Source: Thermofilaceae archaeon
GTDB lineage: Archaea; Thermoproteota; Thermoprotei; Thermofilales; Thermofilaceae
Direction of reading: 5' to 3'
Assembly: GCA_038727095.1 (NCBI GenBank)
Contig: JAVYWK010000002.1
Location: 32,001 to 96,000, forward strand
Length of the DNA: 64,000 nt
Part shown: one piece after another, positions 1-12,509 of the stretch
Position numbering within the stretch: position 1 is the stretch's first letter
Layout: the number at the start of each line of letters is the position of its first letter
The notes under the pieces: model-generated
Told to the model about the DNA's origin: nothing
The model's input: only the letters and a program-made list of their open reading frames with translations
Database searches by the model: none
Made by a program: the position numbers and the translations under genes

Positions 1-1001
1 GTTGATTGGTAGGCTTTTTCCAGCCTCTCGATGGCATTGAGAACCCTTTCTCTAGAGAACTGGTGCTCATCGCATAGGAACTCGATAATCCCATCCTTGT
101 CGGGAGTGTGCCACGCTACCTCATAGTCGTCTGTGGTTTCCGGCTTAAGGAATATCACCACCACATCAGTTGGCTTAGTGGGGAAGTCCCATCCGACGGC
201 TTTAGCTATCGTATCGATGTCTGCGAAGTCCTTCACAAGCTTTAGAGCCCTCTTAGGTCCTATACCCTTAACACCTCCGGGGTTGTAGTCGGTACCCATT
301 AGCAACCCGATGTAGATAAGCTGAACTCTCGAGATGCCGTAGCAATTTAAGAGCTTATCCAGCTCAATCAGCTCTGGCTTTACTTCAACGTACTCGTCGC
401 GTCGAGGGAGCTTCCTCCTCCCGCTAATAGTCACATTTCTGACGAGCCTCGGCGCACCGTAAAGTAGTGAGTCGTAATCCTGGCTCGCAGCGGCCCAAAC
501 ATCGCCTTTTACGGCCATGTAGGCGGCTTGCGCCTCGCCATCGGCTGGTGCTTGAACCCAGGGTACGCCCATTAAGCTGAGAAGCTTCTTAGCGTCGTTC
601 ACCATTGATGTAGTTAAGTACGAAGCTTGTTGAGCGTAAATCCTGGCCTCTTCGAGCTCCCCCCGTTCGAGGGCTTCCATGTACTTCTGCTCAGCCTCCT
701 TCCTCGCCTTCATTCTGCGCTCCAACTCAGCCGTCTTCAGCTCCGGCGGCTTTCCATCAAAAACGTAGACCGGTTTTACACCCTTCTCAAGCAAATTGAT
801 AGTTCGATAGAAAAGACCGTTTAAGTGGCTAGTTACTCTACCGTAGGCATCCATGAGGGGGGTTCCATCCGGCTGCCTGATGGTGGCTAGAAACTGATAG
901 AGAGCATTATAAGCGTCAAGGGCTAACGCCTTCCCGGAGAGCTTCTCCAATTCGATTTCCACCTTGACGGGGGCTACCAGCTCGCGCAGTTGAACCCCCA
1001 T
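1..1001 (-). CDS. fen: Flap endonuclease 1 (3' end runs off the window)
   Basis: Manual translation from ATG at 1001: [51 protein letters not shown]; also [21 protein letters not shown] and [18 protein letters not shown] motifs. Confidence 0.96.
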   Translation of the reverse strand, partial: MGVQLRELVAPVKVEIELEKLSGKALALDAYNALYQFLATIRQPDGTPLMDAYGRVTSHLNGLFYRTINLLEKGVKPVYVFDGKPPELKTAELERRMKARKEAEQKYMEALERGELEEARIYAQQASYLTTSMVNDAKKLLSLMGVPWVQAPADGEAQAAYMAVKGDVWAAASQDYDSLLYGAPRLVRNVTISGRRKLPRRDEYVEVKPELIELDKLLNCYGISRVQLIYIGLLMGTDYNPGGVKGIGPKRALKLVKDFADIDTIAKAVGWDFPTKPTDVVVIFLKPETTDDYEVAWHTPDKDGIIEFLCDEHQFSRERVLNAIERLEKAYQS

Positions 1002-1124
1002 GCTCCCTCCGTGATGTACGCGATGGTAGCTTAAGAAAATAGCGGTTTGCCCTCACGTATTGTCGAAGCCCACCGTCTCCTGAAAACACCTTAAATTCAA
1101 GCGTACTTCATTAAGTCCCGAAAT

Positions 1125-1358
1125 CTAGCGAGCTTCCGAAGGCGTTCGAACTAGCTGAACCACCCTTCGCGTTCCTTCAACCTTGATGTAGCCCCGTAGC
1201 TCGAGCGTCATTAGGAGCTTGAGAAACTCGCTGCGCGGGAGCTCACCACCTGCGTTCTCGACAGATTTTCTAACACTCTCGTAAAGATCCTTCTCCGTGA
1301 TGGTTCCCTTCTTGAGCAGCTCTACCAGTATTACGTGAAGTATGGAAGTCATACCCAT
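1125..1358 (-). CDS. Small winged-helix-like hypothetical protein
   Basis: 77 aa, abuts the cdc48 stop; helix-helix-LELRGYIKVEG wing pattern. Confidence 0.7.
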   Translation of the reverse strand: MGMTSILHVILVELLKKGTITEKDLYESVRKSVENAGGELPRSEFLKLLMTLELRGYIKVEGTRRVVQLVRTPSEAR

Positions 1359-3566
<2,208 letters not shown>

Positions 3567-3615
3567 CTAATTCGATCGGTAAAAGAGCCAGACCTTTTAA
3601 CGTTATCTCGCCGAG

Positions 3616-4023
3616 CTACAGCACGCCAGGGACTCGCCTCTCCTCTCCGCTCTGGGCAACAAGCAAGGGATTAAGCTTACCCTCTTTCGCTAGCTTACCA
3701 AAGTACTCCTTGAACTGGGACGTATGTAAAATGTCTAGTTCGAGCAACTGCTTCATAATCTCCCATGCTTTTCTCTGGACGTCTTCCAGCATTTCACGCG
3801 GCATGTGACCAATGATGTATGGATCTTGGAGCCACCTGTCGAACGCCTCTAGAGTTCTTATCATGTGCCTGAATGCAACGCGTGTAGCTAGTACCAGCTC
3901 TAACCTATCTGCGTCCTTAAGCTGCTCCTCGACTTTAGCCATCGAGGCTAAGATTACTTTCTGAGCTTCAACCCAGTGCTCTAAGCTTGTGAGAAAAGCC
4001 CTCGTTGATGGAAGCTCGCTCAT
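3616..4023 (-). CDS. DUF2153-like conserved crenarchaeal protein
   Basis: ADRLELVLATRVAFRHMIRTLEAFDRWLQDP...HMPREML...LLELDILHTS pattern. Confidence 0.8.
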   Translation of the reverse strand: MSELPSTRAFLTSLEHWVEAQKVILASMAKVEEQLKDADRLELVLATRVAFRHMIRTLEAFDRWLQDPYIIGHMPREMLEDVQRKAWEIMKQLLELDILHTSQFKEYFGKLAKEGKLNPLLVAQSGEERRVPGVL

Positions 4024-4230
4024 ACTCGATCCTAGAAATAGCGCAGCCCAGCCTATTTAACGTTTTGCCCGGATGGTAGTCGAACAGTTTATCGTCACAA
4101 GACATCAAGTTTAGCACCGAAGCTACACGTGAAGCAGTAACGGCTAGTAGAACACGTAACTTTGTTCTAACCTTTACTTACGAAGTACAAAATGTCAACC
4201 ATTCTAAAATCGAGCAGCGTAGTTTACAGC

Positions 4231-4758
4231 TCATCTACATGAACTCCTGTAGCGCTCAATAGCCTCCTTAATGCGTTTACGCGCTTCTATGCCTCCCATC
4301 CATCCCTCCACTTTCACCCATTTCCCCGGTTCTAACTCCTTGTAATGCTCAAAGAAGTGCTCGATTTTACGCCTCAAAGCCTCGGGTAGTTTTCCGATAT
4401 CGTCCACATCCGAGAAACGGGGGTCTATCTTCGGAGAGGGTACAGCCACTACCTTAGCGTCAGGCCCTTTCTCATCACGAGTGAGGAGGACGCCGACTGG
4501 CCTGCACTTTATCACGGAGCCTGGCAGTAGCGGCTCGTGGCTCAGAATGAGCACATCGACGGGATCTCCATCTTCCTCCAGTGTACCGGGGATGAATCCG
4601 TAGTTAAACGGGTACACCATCGAAGTGTAAAGTATCCTATCTACGAAGAGTACGCCGCTCTCCTTGTCCATCTCATACTTGACGCTACCGCCCTGCGGAA
4701 TTTCGATTACAACGTTCACCTCTTCAGGAGCCTTCTCACCCGGACCAATGGCCTTCAT
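4231..4758 (-). CDS. ppa: Inorganic pyrophosphatase (family I)
   Basis: [31 protein letters not shown]. Confidence 0.97.
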   Translation of the reverse strand: MKAIGPGEKAPEEVNVVIEIPQGGSVKYEMDKESGVLFVDRILYTSMVYPFNYGFIPGTLEEDGDPVDVLILSHEPLLPGSVIKCRPVGVLLTRDEKGPDAKVVAVPSPKIDPRFSDVDDIGKLPEALRRKIEHFFEHYKELEPGKWVKVEGWMGGIEARKRIKEAIERYRSSCR

Positions 4759-4836
4759 CGAGTATCCTTTCCTTGCGTCGTTGAAAAAGTTTCTGCGAAG
4801 CTAGACTGATATAATCTCGAGCTGGAGCATCTAACC

Positions 4837-5241
4837 GTGAGCTGCGTGTTCTGTGAGATCGCAGCTGGGAGAGCCCCTGCGTACATAATCTTTAGGTCAG
4901 CCCGCGTCATTGCTTTTCTGGACAAGTACCCTATACAGAGCGGGCATACGTTAGTAGCTCCTGTCGAGCACTTCAGGGATCTTCTCGAAACGCCTGATGA
5001 TATTCTCTTCGAACTGACGAGGGTCGTTAAGCTGGTAGCCGGCGCCCAAGTGCGCGCCTTAGGTGCTAAAGGTGTTAGAGTAGTGCAGAACAATGGCTCG
5101 GCAGCGGGCCAAGTGATCTTCCACGTACACTTTCACGTCATCCCCTTCTATGGTTTACCGCAAAGAGGAAGAAAAGAGTTGGACTCTTCTGAGGGTGAGA
5201 GGATCGCTCGAACCCTCTCAACGGCACTGGTCAATGCTTAA
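4837..5241 (+). CDS. HIT family hydrolase
   Basis: CVFCEI N-terminus; GQVIFHVHFHVIP histidine triad. Confidence 0.95.
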   Translation: MSCVFCEIAAGRAPAYIIFRSARVIAFLDKYPIQSGHTLVAPVEHFRDLLETPDDILFELTRVVKLVAGAQVRALGAKGVRVVQNNGSAAGQVIFHVHFHVIPFYGLPQRGRKELDSSEGERIARTLSTALVNA

Positions 5242-5283
5242 TCGGCGAAACGCTAATTAGGGTTAGGCTCGCACTAATCCTAC

Positions 5284-6441
5284 ATGCTCACTGCGGTCAT
5301 TCTGGCTGGAGGGAAAGGTACTCGCTTGAGACCTTTTACCTACCATAGGCCTAAGCCGCTCATGCCGGTTGCCAATAAAGCCGTTATTGACTACATCCTC
5401 GATATCATCGAGTTTAGCGACGTAGTGGACAGGGTTTACGTCTCGCTCGATTACCTAGGCCACATGATAGCTGAGCACATCAGAGGAGAGCCCCGCTCGG
5501 TCGAGGTTATACCCCTCGTCTATAGTTCGATTGACACAGCTGACTCTGTGCGCAAGCTGCGCCACCTTTTAGATGACGACTTTATAGTCTTGATGGGGGA
5601 CATAATCACCAATTGCGATCTCGCGGCTTTTTGGCGCTTCCATAAGGAGAAGAAAGGCGTAGCTAGCGTGGTGCTAAAAGGTGTAGATAATCCCTGCCAC
5701 TATGGCCTCGCGTTTCTCTCGCGCAACGATAAGATCGAGCTTTTCATGGAGAAGCCGAGAGGCTACGATCTCTATCTAGCCAGTTTAGCTGTCGGACCCC
5801 GGGCGAGGTACACGTATACGAATCTCGCTAACGCTGGCATCTACGCCTTCTCGTACTCCATTCTCGATATTCTAGACGACAACCCCCACCTTCTTGACTT
5901 CGGGCGACACGTCTTCCCCTACCTTGTGGAAGAAGGGTATCCCGTTTACGGTTGGGTCTCCGAACCCTGCTACTGGATCGATGTTGGTACGCCGCCGACC
6001 TACTTCCAGGCGAACGTGGATCTACTTGACGGCCTCGCGTCACCGCTTCGACCAGCAGGAGTGTACAGCCGTGGAATATGGTTCAGTAACCCGAAAAGTG
6101 TCGAAGGGGTTGTTCGGCCACCCGTAGTAATAGGGAGCGAAGTGAGAATTGAAAGAGGATCAGTGGTAGGGCCTTACGCGGTACTCGGCAACTGGGCGGT
6201 TATAGAAGAGGGGGCTGTTATCGAGAGGAGCATTATCATGGATGGGGCTAAAGTAGGGTACGGAGCCCGCATCTACGAGAGCATCGTAGGATCAAGGGTG
6301 GAGGTGGGCAGTGAAACTCTTCTGCATAAGTCAATAATCGAGGATCTTACAAGAGTACCTAGCAGCACAAATATTTTTGACCATATTTTAGTCACCGAGA
6401 AGAGGGGGGCTGCAATTGAGCTTAGAACTCGAGTGGGATGA
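5284..6441 (+). CDS. Sugar-phosphate nucleotidyltransferase (mannose-1-phosphate guanylyltransferase-like) with C-terminal left-handed beta-helix
   Basis: ILAGGKGTRLRP-PKPL, FMEKP, YWIDVGTP, hexapeptide repeats. Confidence 0.9.
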   Translation: MLTAVILAGGKGTRLRPFTYHRPKPLMPVANKAVIDYILDIIEFSDVVDRVYVSLDYLGHMIAEHIRGEPRSVEVIPLVYSSIDTADSVRKLRHLLDDDFIVLMGDIITNCDLAAFWRFHKEKKGVASVVLKGVDNPCHYGLAFLSRNDKIELFMEKPRGYDLYLASLAVGPRARYTYTNLANAGIYAFSYSILDILDDNPHLLDFGRHVFPYLVEEGYPVYGWVSEPCYWIDVGTPPTYFQANVDLLDGLASPLRPAGVYSRGIWFSNPKSVEGVVRPPVVIGSEVRIERGSVVGPYAVLGNWAVIEEGAVIERSIIMDGAKVGYGARIYESIVGSRVEVGSETLLHKSIIEDLTRVPSSTNIFDHILVTEKRGAAIELRTRVG

Positions 6442-7777
6442 AGGGCAAATATTCGGAATCGCGAATCAGACTTTAACACCAGACATAGCAGCGAGCCTCG
6501 GCGGTGCTCTAGGAACCATGCTGGGAGAGGGCGCGCTCGTGGTCACGGCACGCGACAACTACCCTCCGTCCCGAATGCTGAAGCGGGCGTTCTCGGCAGG
6601 CCTCATGTCGACCGGAATCTCCGTCATGGATTTCCACTCTGCGACGACCCCTGAGCTGATCTTCGCTATAAAGCGGTTAGGTGCAAAAGCTGGCGTACAA
6701 TTCACCGTAGCTCCGCTCGAGCGTGACGGTATAGCGATTAAGATCTTCGACTCGCAGGGGCTTGTCTTCTCCATAGAGAGGATGGAGGAGCTAGCTGATC
6801 GCGCCGGCTCGGGGAAGATCGTGAGAAGCCTGCCTGCCGCGATTGGATGGGTTACTTACGCTGAGTATGTGCACGATATATACGCAGCAGCCGTTGCCGG
6901 CTACCTTGACTCGCACACGATCGCCAGCAAACGTTACAGGATGGTTTGCGACGTAAACTTTGGCCCAGCGTCGGAGGTCCTCCCCAACCTGCTCTCAGAA
7001 CTGGGTATCGAAGGGGTAATGCTCAACGCTCATCGGCCTCCCTTCAGAGGCTCTGTGACACACATGTCTGATCCACACTCCATTGAGATGCTGAAGGGAA
7101 TCGTAAGAGCATCTGACGCCGTGCTGGGCGTTAGTTTCTGCGCGGACGCCACAAGAGCTTTAGTTATCGACGATGAAGGAAAGCCTTTATCCAGCGAAGA
7201 GTTTGCCAGCCTAATTGCGCTCGGGATGCCCTCTGGTACGCGCATCATTGTTTCCGAGTCTATGGGCTCGATGATAGACGAAGTTTGCAAAAAGGTAGGA
7301 GCGAGAGTAATTAGAGTCAGAGGCTTGAAGCACGACCTAATTAGAGTGGCCAGGCGTTCGGGCTCTCATCTAGTAGCTACGAGCGGGAACGAGGTTATCT
7401 TCACGGACTTCTCGCTCTCACCTGATGGGATGCTGGCTACATTAAAACTGCTAGAGCACCTGGCCAAAACGGATCAATCGCTATCGTCAGCGAGGGATTC
7501 GCTCCCGAAAATACAAATGATAACCAGGACGGTCAAGCTAGGCGGCGTTAACTACCTAAGCGCTTTGAGAGCGATTTACAGGAGCTTTAGGACAGCAACG
7601 CTAACCATAACGGGCCTTAGAGTTAGAGTTGATAGTATATGGGTGAACGTTGAAGCGTCCCGCGACAGGGTAGAGCTCAGCTGCGAGAGCGTTGAGGGGG
7701 CTGACGAGATCATCGATAGGTTCGCCGAAAAAGTAGGTAGCCTGATCAGAGAGCTCAAAGGCGAGAGCGTCCGCTAA
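6416..7777 (+). CDS. Phosphomannomutase/phosphoglucomutase-fold protein with degenerate catalytic motifs
   Basis: FGIANQTLTP, ARDNYPPSRMLK and DGMLATLKLLE match the PMM fold; the SHN and DxDxD motifs are replaced. Confidence 0.85.
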   Translation: MSLELEWDEGQIFGIANQTLTPDIAASLGGALGTMLGEGALVVTARDNYPPSRMLKRAFSAGLMSTGISVMDFHSATTPELIFAIKRLGAKAGVQFTVAPLERDGIAIKIFDSQGLVFSIERMEELADRAGSGKIVRSLPAAIGWVTYAEYVHDIYAAAVAGYLDSHTIASKRYRMVCDVNFGPASEVLPNLLSELGIEGVMLNAHRPPFRGSVTHMSDPHSIEMLKGIVRASDAVLGVSFCADATRALVIDDEGKPLSSEEFASLIALGMPSGTRIIVSESMGSMIDEVCKKVGARVIRVRGLKHDLIRVARRSGSHLVATSGNEVIFTDFSLSPDGMLATLKLLEHLAKTDQSLSSARDSLPKIQMITRTVKLGGVNYLSALRAIYRSFRTATLTITGLRVRVDSIWVNVEASRDRVELSCESVEGADEIIDRFAEKVGSLIRELKGESVR

Positions 7778-7778
7778 G

Positions 7779-8432
7779 ATGCTGAGCCTAGGCGTGGATC
7801 TAGCTGGCAGCTCTAAACGCCCCACCGGTATGTGCCTCCTGGACGATAACCTCAACGCAAAGACCTGGATCGTATACAGTGACGAAGAGATAATACGTGC
7901 TGCTACCGAGCTCCACCCTAGCGTTGTGGCCATAGATGCTCCCCTCTCGCTACCGCTAGGACGCTCCAGTCTAGACGACAGGACAGGCCCCCACTTCAGA
8001 GAGTGTGATATGGCTCTCAGGAGACTTGGCATAAAGTTCTTCCCAATCACGCTGGGTCCGATGCGTGCGTTGACCGCGAGGGGTATGCAGATAAAGACCG
8101 ACCTCGAAAAAAGAGGTTACACTGTGATCGAAGTTTACCCGGGTGGAGCACAAGACGTGCTAAGGATCCCTCGAAAGAGCGCTGGTCTGGAAGCGCTCCA
8201 ATCAGGTCTCGAAAAACTGGGCATCAAGCTGGCAAACTCCTCAGCCGGCCCCGATGAGCTCGACGCGGTAACCGCGGCCTACGTAGGCTTGCTCTACCTT
8301 AGCGGGGAAGCCATAGCTCTCGGCGGTAAGGATGGTTCAATCATTATGCCGAAACCTCCTCCAGAATTTCTGAAAGAGAGGCAAGAACGATGTCGGGCTT
8401 CAAAGGTGAGGAGGAGAGCTCGTCCAAGGTAG
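7779..8432 (+). CDS. DUF429 family predicted RNase H-like nuclease
   Basis: GVDLAG, VAIDAPLS, IEVYPGG, DELDAVTAA. Confidence 0.85.
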   Translation: MLSLGVDLAGSSKRPTGMCLLDDNLNAKTWIVYSDEEIIRAATELHPSVVAIDAPLSLPLGRSSLDDRTGPHFRECDMALRRLGIKFFPITLGPMRALTARGMQIKTDLEKRGYTVIEVYPGGAQDVLRIPRKSAGLEALQSGLEKLGIKLANSSAGPDELDAVTAAYVGLLYLSGEAIALGGKDGSIIMPKPPPEFLKERQERCRASKVRRRARPR

Positions 8433-9147
8433 TAGAGCCCGAGAGGACGAGCGCCGCTGCTATGCCCAGACGCTTAGCTCCGGCAATGTCAGTATCGATT
8501 CTATCGCCAACAACCAGCGTTTTAGAGGGATCTAAGCGCTTTTCCTCTAAGACCATCTCGAACATCGTCGAAGAGGGCTTCCCGATAACTACGTCTGGCT
8601 TTCTGCCCGAAGCTCTTTCTAAAGCCGCCACAATCGCGCCCGCACCTGGAAGCACGCCGTCCTCAACAGGTAACGTGGGGTCTTCGTTCGTAGCTACGAA
8701 TAGCGCGCCATGATTCAGGCATTTGAGCGCATCGGCCAACTTCTGGTACGTAAGATGCCTGTCTATTCCCACAACTAGGCACTCTGCATGCTGTGGGTCT
8801 GTGAGTTCGATACCTTCTCTCTCCAACTCTTCCACTAATCCCTCCTCGCCCACCACGTAAACCCTACTCACGCGTATTCTCCGTAGCACTCTCGCCGTAA
8901 CGTAGCTGCTACAGTAAATGTCGCCTAGCGAAACGTCAAATCCCATTCTGCGCATCTTCTCCAGGTAACCGTTCCGTGATAGTGAAGCATTGTTAGTAAC
9001 GAAGACTACCACTTTTCCAGCTGCTTTAAGAGCTTTTACCGCTTCACGCGCACCTGCGATCGGTTTATCTCCTCTCCAGAGGACACCGTCACAATCGAGG
9101 ATGAAGCCTTTGAAAGGAAGAAAAGTCTGCTTAATCTTCGTGTTCAT
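8344..9147 (-). CDS. HAD-IIA family hydrolase (NagD-like phosphatase)
   Basis: LDCDGVLW, VTNN, IGKP, VVGDRIDTDI. Confidence 0.93.
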   Translation of the reverse strand: MNTKIKQTFLPFKGFILDCDGVLWRGDKPIAGAREAVKALKAAGKVVVFVTNNASLSRNGYLEKMRRMGFDVSLGDIYCSSYVTARVLRRIRVSRVYVVGEEGLVEELEREGIELTDPQHAECLVVGIDRHLTYQKLADALKCLNHGALFVATNEDPTLPVEDGVLPGAGAIVAALERASGRKPDVVIGKPSSTMFEMVLEEKRLDPSKTLVVGDRIDTDIAGAKRLGIAAALVLSGSTTLDELSSSPLKPDIVLASLSEILEEVSA

Positions 9148-9153
9148 GGGCTT

Positions 9154-10464
9154 CTAAAGGCCTCTCCTGATGGCCTTCAAGCCCAAATAGACTGCCTCCC
9201 CTGCTAAGTACTCTTCTATCCTGAGTAGCTCGTTGTACTTAGCCGTTCTCTCGCCCCTCGCGGGAGCACCGGTCTTTATTTGGCCACAGCTCAGCGCGAC
9301 AGCAATGTGGGCAATGGACGCATCTTCGGTTTCGCCACTCCTGTGCGAGACGATTACGTTGAGCCCGCACCTTTGAGCGAGGCGTGCTGCCTCTAAAGCT
9401 TCGGTCAACGTCCCTATCTGGTTAACTTTGAGTAGGAGCGCGCTCGCAGCGCCCACCTCAATTCCTTTCGCGAGGCGCTCAACGTTTGTTACGAAGAGAT
9501 CATCGCCAACGACTTGCACGTCCCGCTGCTTCAGCTTGCTGGTAATCTCCCTGAATCCCTCGAAATCCTCTTCCTCGAGGGGGTCTTCCAGCGAAACTAT
9601 CGGATACTCGTTGACTAACTCCAAGTAGTAATCTATCAGTTCGCCCCTACCCAGCTCCTTACCGTCGATTCTGTAGCGTCCTCCGGTGTAGAAGCTTGAA
9701 GCTGCTGCATCGAGTGCTAGGACGAACTCGTTGCCCGGCTCATAGCCGGCCTTCTTAATCGCTTCGATGAGCGCGTTCAAGGCCTCCCTGCTCTCTTTCA
9801 TGGGTGGAGCAAAGCCGCCCTCGTCTCCGACGTTGATGGAGCTCTTACCGTACCTCCAGACGAGGACTTCCTTGAGACTGTAGTAAACTTCGCACGCCAT
9901 TCTAAGCGCTTCCGAGAACTTGTCGCTCCCCACAGGCACTATCATGAACTCCTGGATGCTCAGCTCGTTGCCAGCGTGCTTGCCACCGTTAATCACGTTC
10001 ATGAGTGGAGTAGGCAACACTCGCGCGAGCTTTCCACCTAAGTACTGGAAGAGTGGCATTCCGTAAGTCGAAGCAGCGGCCTTAGCTGTAGCTAGCGATA
10101 CCGCTAGTATTGCGTTCGCGCCGAGCTTCGACTTGTTCGGCGTACCGTCTAGCTCGATCATGACCTTGTCAACCCTCTCCTGATCCCTTGAATCCATACC
10201 GATTACCCGCTGTGCTATCAACCCGTTGATGTTGGACACGGCTTTCTCTACACCTTTCCCATGGAACTTCTTACCACCATCCCTCAGTTCCAGTGCCTCG
10301 TACGTGCCACGCGAAGCGCCGGCAGGCGCGGCTGCTGTCCCAATGCCACCACCAGCTGTAACTACGTCAGCCTCGACAGTGGGGTTTCCTCTCGAGTCTA
10401 AGATCCACCTACCCTTTACGAGAACTATCGTGAACTCGTTCTCTACGGGAGGGGTTTCGCTCAT
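9154..10464 (-). CDS. eno: Enolase
   Basis: ILDSRGNPTVE, VGDEGGFAP, VVGDDLFVTN, SHRSGETED, GQIKTGAP. Confidence 0.98.
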   Translation of the reverse strand: MSETPPVENEFTIVLVKGRWILDSRGNPTVEADVVTAGGGIGTAAAPAGASRGTYEALELRDGGKKFHGKGVEKAVSNINGLIAQRVIGMDSRDQERVDKVMIELDGTPNKSKLGANAILAVSLATAKAAASTYGMPLFQYLGGKLARVLPTPLMNVINGGKHAGNELSIQEFMIVPVGSDKFSEALRMACEVYYSLKEVLVWRYGKSSINVGDEGGFAPPMKESREALNALIEAIKKAGYEPGNEFVLALDAAASSFYTGGRYRIDGKELGRGELIDYYLELVNEYPIVSLEDPLEEEDFEGFREITSKLKQRDVQVVGDDLFVTNVERLAKGIEVGAASALLLKVNQIGTLTEALEAARLAQRCGLNVIVSHRSGETEDASIAHIAVALSCGQIKTGAPARGERTAKYNELLRIEEYLAGEAVYLGLKAIRRGL

Positions 10465-10581
10465 CAAGCTACGCGCATAGGGAAGGTTATAAAACCATTA
10501 TCTCTATGCTCTCGAATGGTGCAAGCCGAATAATGGAAAGACAATCGCCAAAAATATTTTTACGAGTGGAAGATACACCCC

Positions 10582-11337
10582 GTGGGCACTCATAGGGTTA
10601 AAGGAGCCGTCCTTTGCGGCGGCACTGGTTCACGGCTAAGGCCTTTGACCTACTACTTTCAGAAAACCATGATACCGATCGGTCTCAAGCAGAAGCCGCT
10701 TCTCGAGTACGTCATCCGACTGATGAAGTACCACGGGGTGGCGGACGTAGCATTACTCGTGAACTATAAGGCTGAGCAAATCATGAACTACTTCGATGAT
10801 GGGACCCGTTTCGGAGTGAGACTCGAGTATGTCCACGATGACCCCAACTATAGAGGGAACGGGGGTGCTCTACTCAACGCTAGCCGCAGAGGGGTCTTCT
10901 CCGGGTTTGACGACGTGCTCATCTACTACGGGGACATCCTAACCAACCTTGATCTCACAGATATGCTACGCGTACACCGTGAGAAGGGTGCTGCAGCCAC
11001 TCTAGCTCTCTCAACCAACTATATTGTTAGTGTGGGCGTAGCAGAGGTCGCAGGTACGAAAATCGTGAGCCTCAGGGAGAAACCACCGTTGGGCAAGCCT
11101 GTCGTGATAGGGGTGCTCGCAGTAAAAACAGAGGTTCTGGAAATCCTTGAAGAGTTAGCAAAACCTCAGCAAGAGCTGGACATCATGCAGCACTTCATCC
11201 CGCTGCTCATAGAGCGCGGTTACCACGTTGAAGGCTACCTAACCGATGCCTTCTGGTACGATGTAGGCTCAACGGAGAGGTACGAGAAACTCGACCCGCA
11301 TGTTGTGGACGAAGCACTGGGCTTTCTCCTAGCTTAG
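10582..11337 (+). CDS. Nucleotidyltransferase family protein (single domain)
   Basis: LCGGTGSRLRPLT, YYGDILTN, LREKP, FWYDVGS. Confidence 0.88.
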   Translation: MGTHRVKGAVLCGGTGSRLRPLTYYFQKTMIPIGLKQKPLLEYVIRLMKYHGVADVALLVNYKAEQIMNYFDDGTRFGVRLEYVHDDPNYRGNGGALLNASRRGVFSGFDDVLIYYGDILTNLDLTDMLRVHREKGAAATLALSTNYIVSVGVAEVAGTKIVSLREKPPLGKPVVIGVLAVKTEVLEILEELAKPQQELDIMQHFIPLLIERGYHVEGYLTDAFWYDVGSTERYEKLDPHVVDEALGFLLA

Positions 11338-11507
11338 AAAAGCCTTCTAGGCGCGTTTATAACCAACCTGTACACGAACCCTCGGAGAGTATGTTCTTCG
11401 GGGGGAGTAAGCCCTAAATCCGGAGCAATTTGATGCCCATCCAGCAACAGTTGAGCATCGGAGGTAAAAACCCACAAAGGAGAAGCGTACGGCCGCGCGG
11501 ACTCAGC

Positions 11508-11939
11508 TTAGACACGCCTGCCCCTGCGCCCGCCGGGCTTCCTTATGCTATCGGTAGGCAGCGGCGTGACGTCCTCCACTCGATCTACTATTAAACCGGC
11601 TCTGACGAGCGCTCGGATTGCTGGCCCCGCGCCCGGTCCCGGGGTCTTGGGGCCATAGCCGCCCGGAGCTTTTACTTTCACATGGACCACCCTTATCCCT
11701 TTCTCCAGTGCTATCCTAGCAGCCCGTGCTGCAGCCTGCATGGCTGCCCAGGGGCTGGGCTTATCTCTGTCGGCTTTAGCAATCATTCCACCTGTTACGA
11801 AGGCTATGGTCTCAGCACCGCTGAGATCCGTTATGTGGATTATTGTATTGTTGTAGCTAGCGTAGATCCACGCTATGCCCACATCGCTCTTCCTAGAACC
11901 TCCATGCCCCTTATCGCTCGCGCGCGCTTCTTCACTCAC
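11508..11939 (-). CDS. rps11: 30S ribosomal protein S11
   Basis: [37 protein letters not shown]; GGAGGTG Shine-Dalgarno favours the GTG at 11939. Confidence 0.97.
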   Translation of the reverse strand: MSEEARASDKGHGGSRKSDVGIAWIYASYNNTIIHITDLSGAETIAFVTGGMIAKADRDKPSPWAAMQAAARAARIALEKGIRVVHVKVKAPGGYGPKTPGPGAGPAIRALVRAGLIVDRVEDVTPLPTDSIRKPGGRRGRRV

Positions 11940-11978
11940 ATTACCCACCTCCGAAAGCCATTATTTTTAAACTTGGGT

Positions 11979-12500
11979 TTAAACTTGAGCACCAATTTCG
12001 CCTGACGCTTTCTGGGCTAAGGACGATATTGGGTAGAAACCAATCCGCTCCTCTTCCTCCCTTGACACCATGTACCCCGGGCTCCTCACTCGTCGCCCCC
12101 CTATCGCTATGTGGCCGTGCGCTATTAGTTGGCGCGCGTGATACAGGCTGGTAGCTAATCCCTTCTTGTAAATGATCGTCTGAAGACGCCTCTCGAGGAC
12201 GTCCTCAACTGTCAATCTGAGAATGTCGCTTAGAGATGCTTCCTCGCTCGCCAGCAGCCCAAGGTTGTATAGCTTGGATATTAACGGTCTTGCACGAACC
12301 TCTCTCAGCTCTGGGGGTAACGCAAGTAGTCGTCTAGCCCGCATCCTCCATCTGCGGAGCATTGTCCGGGCGACCCAAAGCTCCCTCTTATTGCGCAAGC
12401 CGTACTTACCTATTAGCTCAAGCTCCTGCGTTAAAACATCCTTACGCCAAGGATGCGCAGGTCCCTCCCACTTTTTCTTCGGCTTTTTCGGATCCCCCAT
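11979..12500 (-). CDS. rps4: 30S ribosomal protein S4
   Basis: MGDPKK, YGLRNKRELW, LERRLQT, ARQLIAHGHI. Confidence 0.97.
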   Translation of the reverse strand: MGDPKKPKKKWEGPAHPWRKDVLTQELELIGKYGLRNKRELWVARTMLRRWRMRARRLLALPPELREVRARPLISKLYNLGLLASEEASLSDILRLTVEDVLERRLQTIIYKKGLATSLYHARQLIAHGHIAIGGRRVRSPGYMVSREEEERIGFYPISSLAQKASGEIGAQV

Positions 12501-12509
12501 CTAGGACAC

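Noticed and set aside
11400-11510. RNase P RNA fragment (GGAGCAA-like motif)
   Set aside because: The conserved GAGGAAAGUCC and ACAGAA P4 halves are absent
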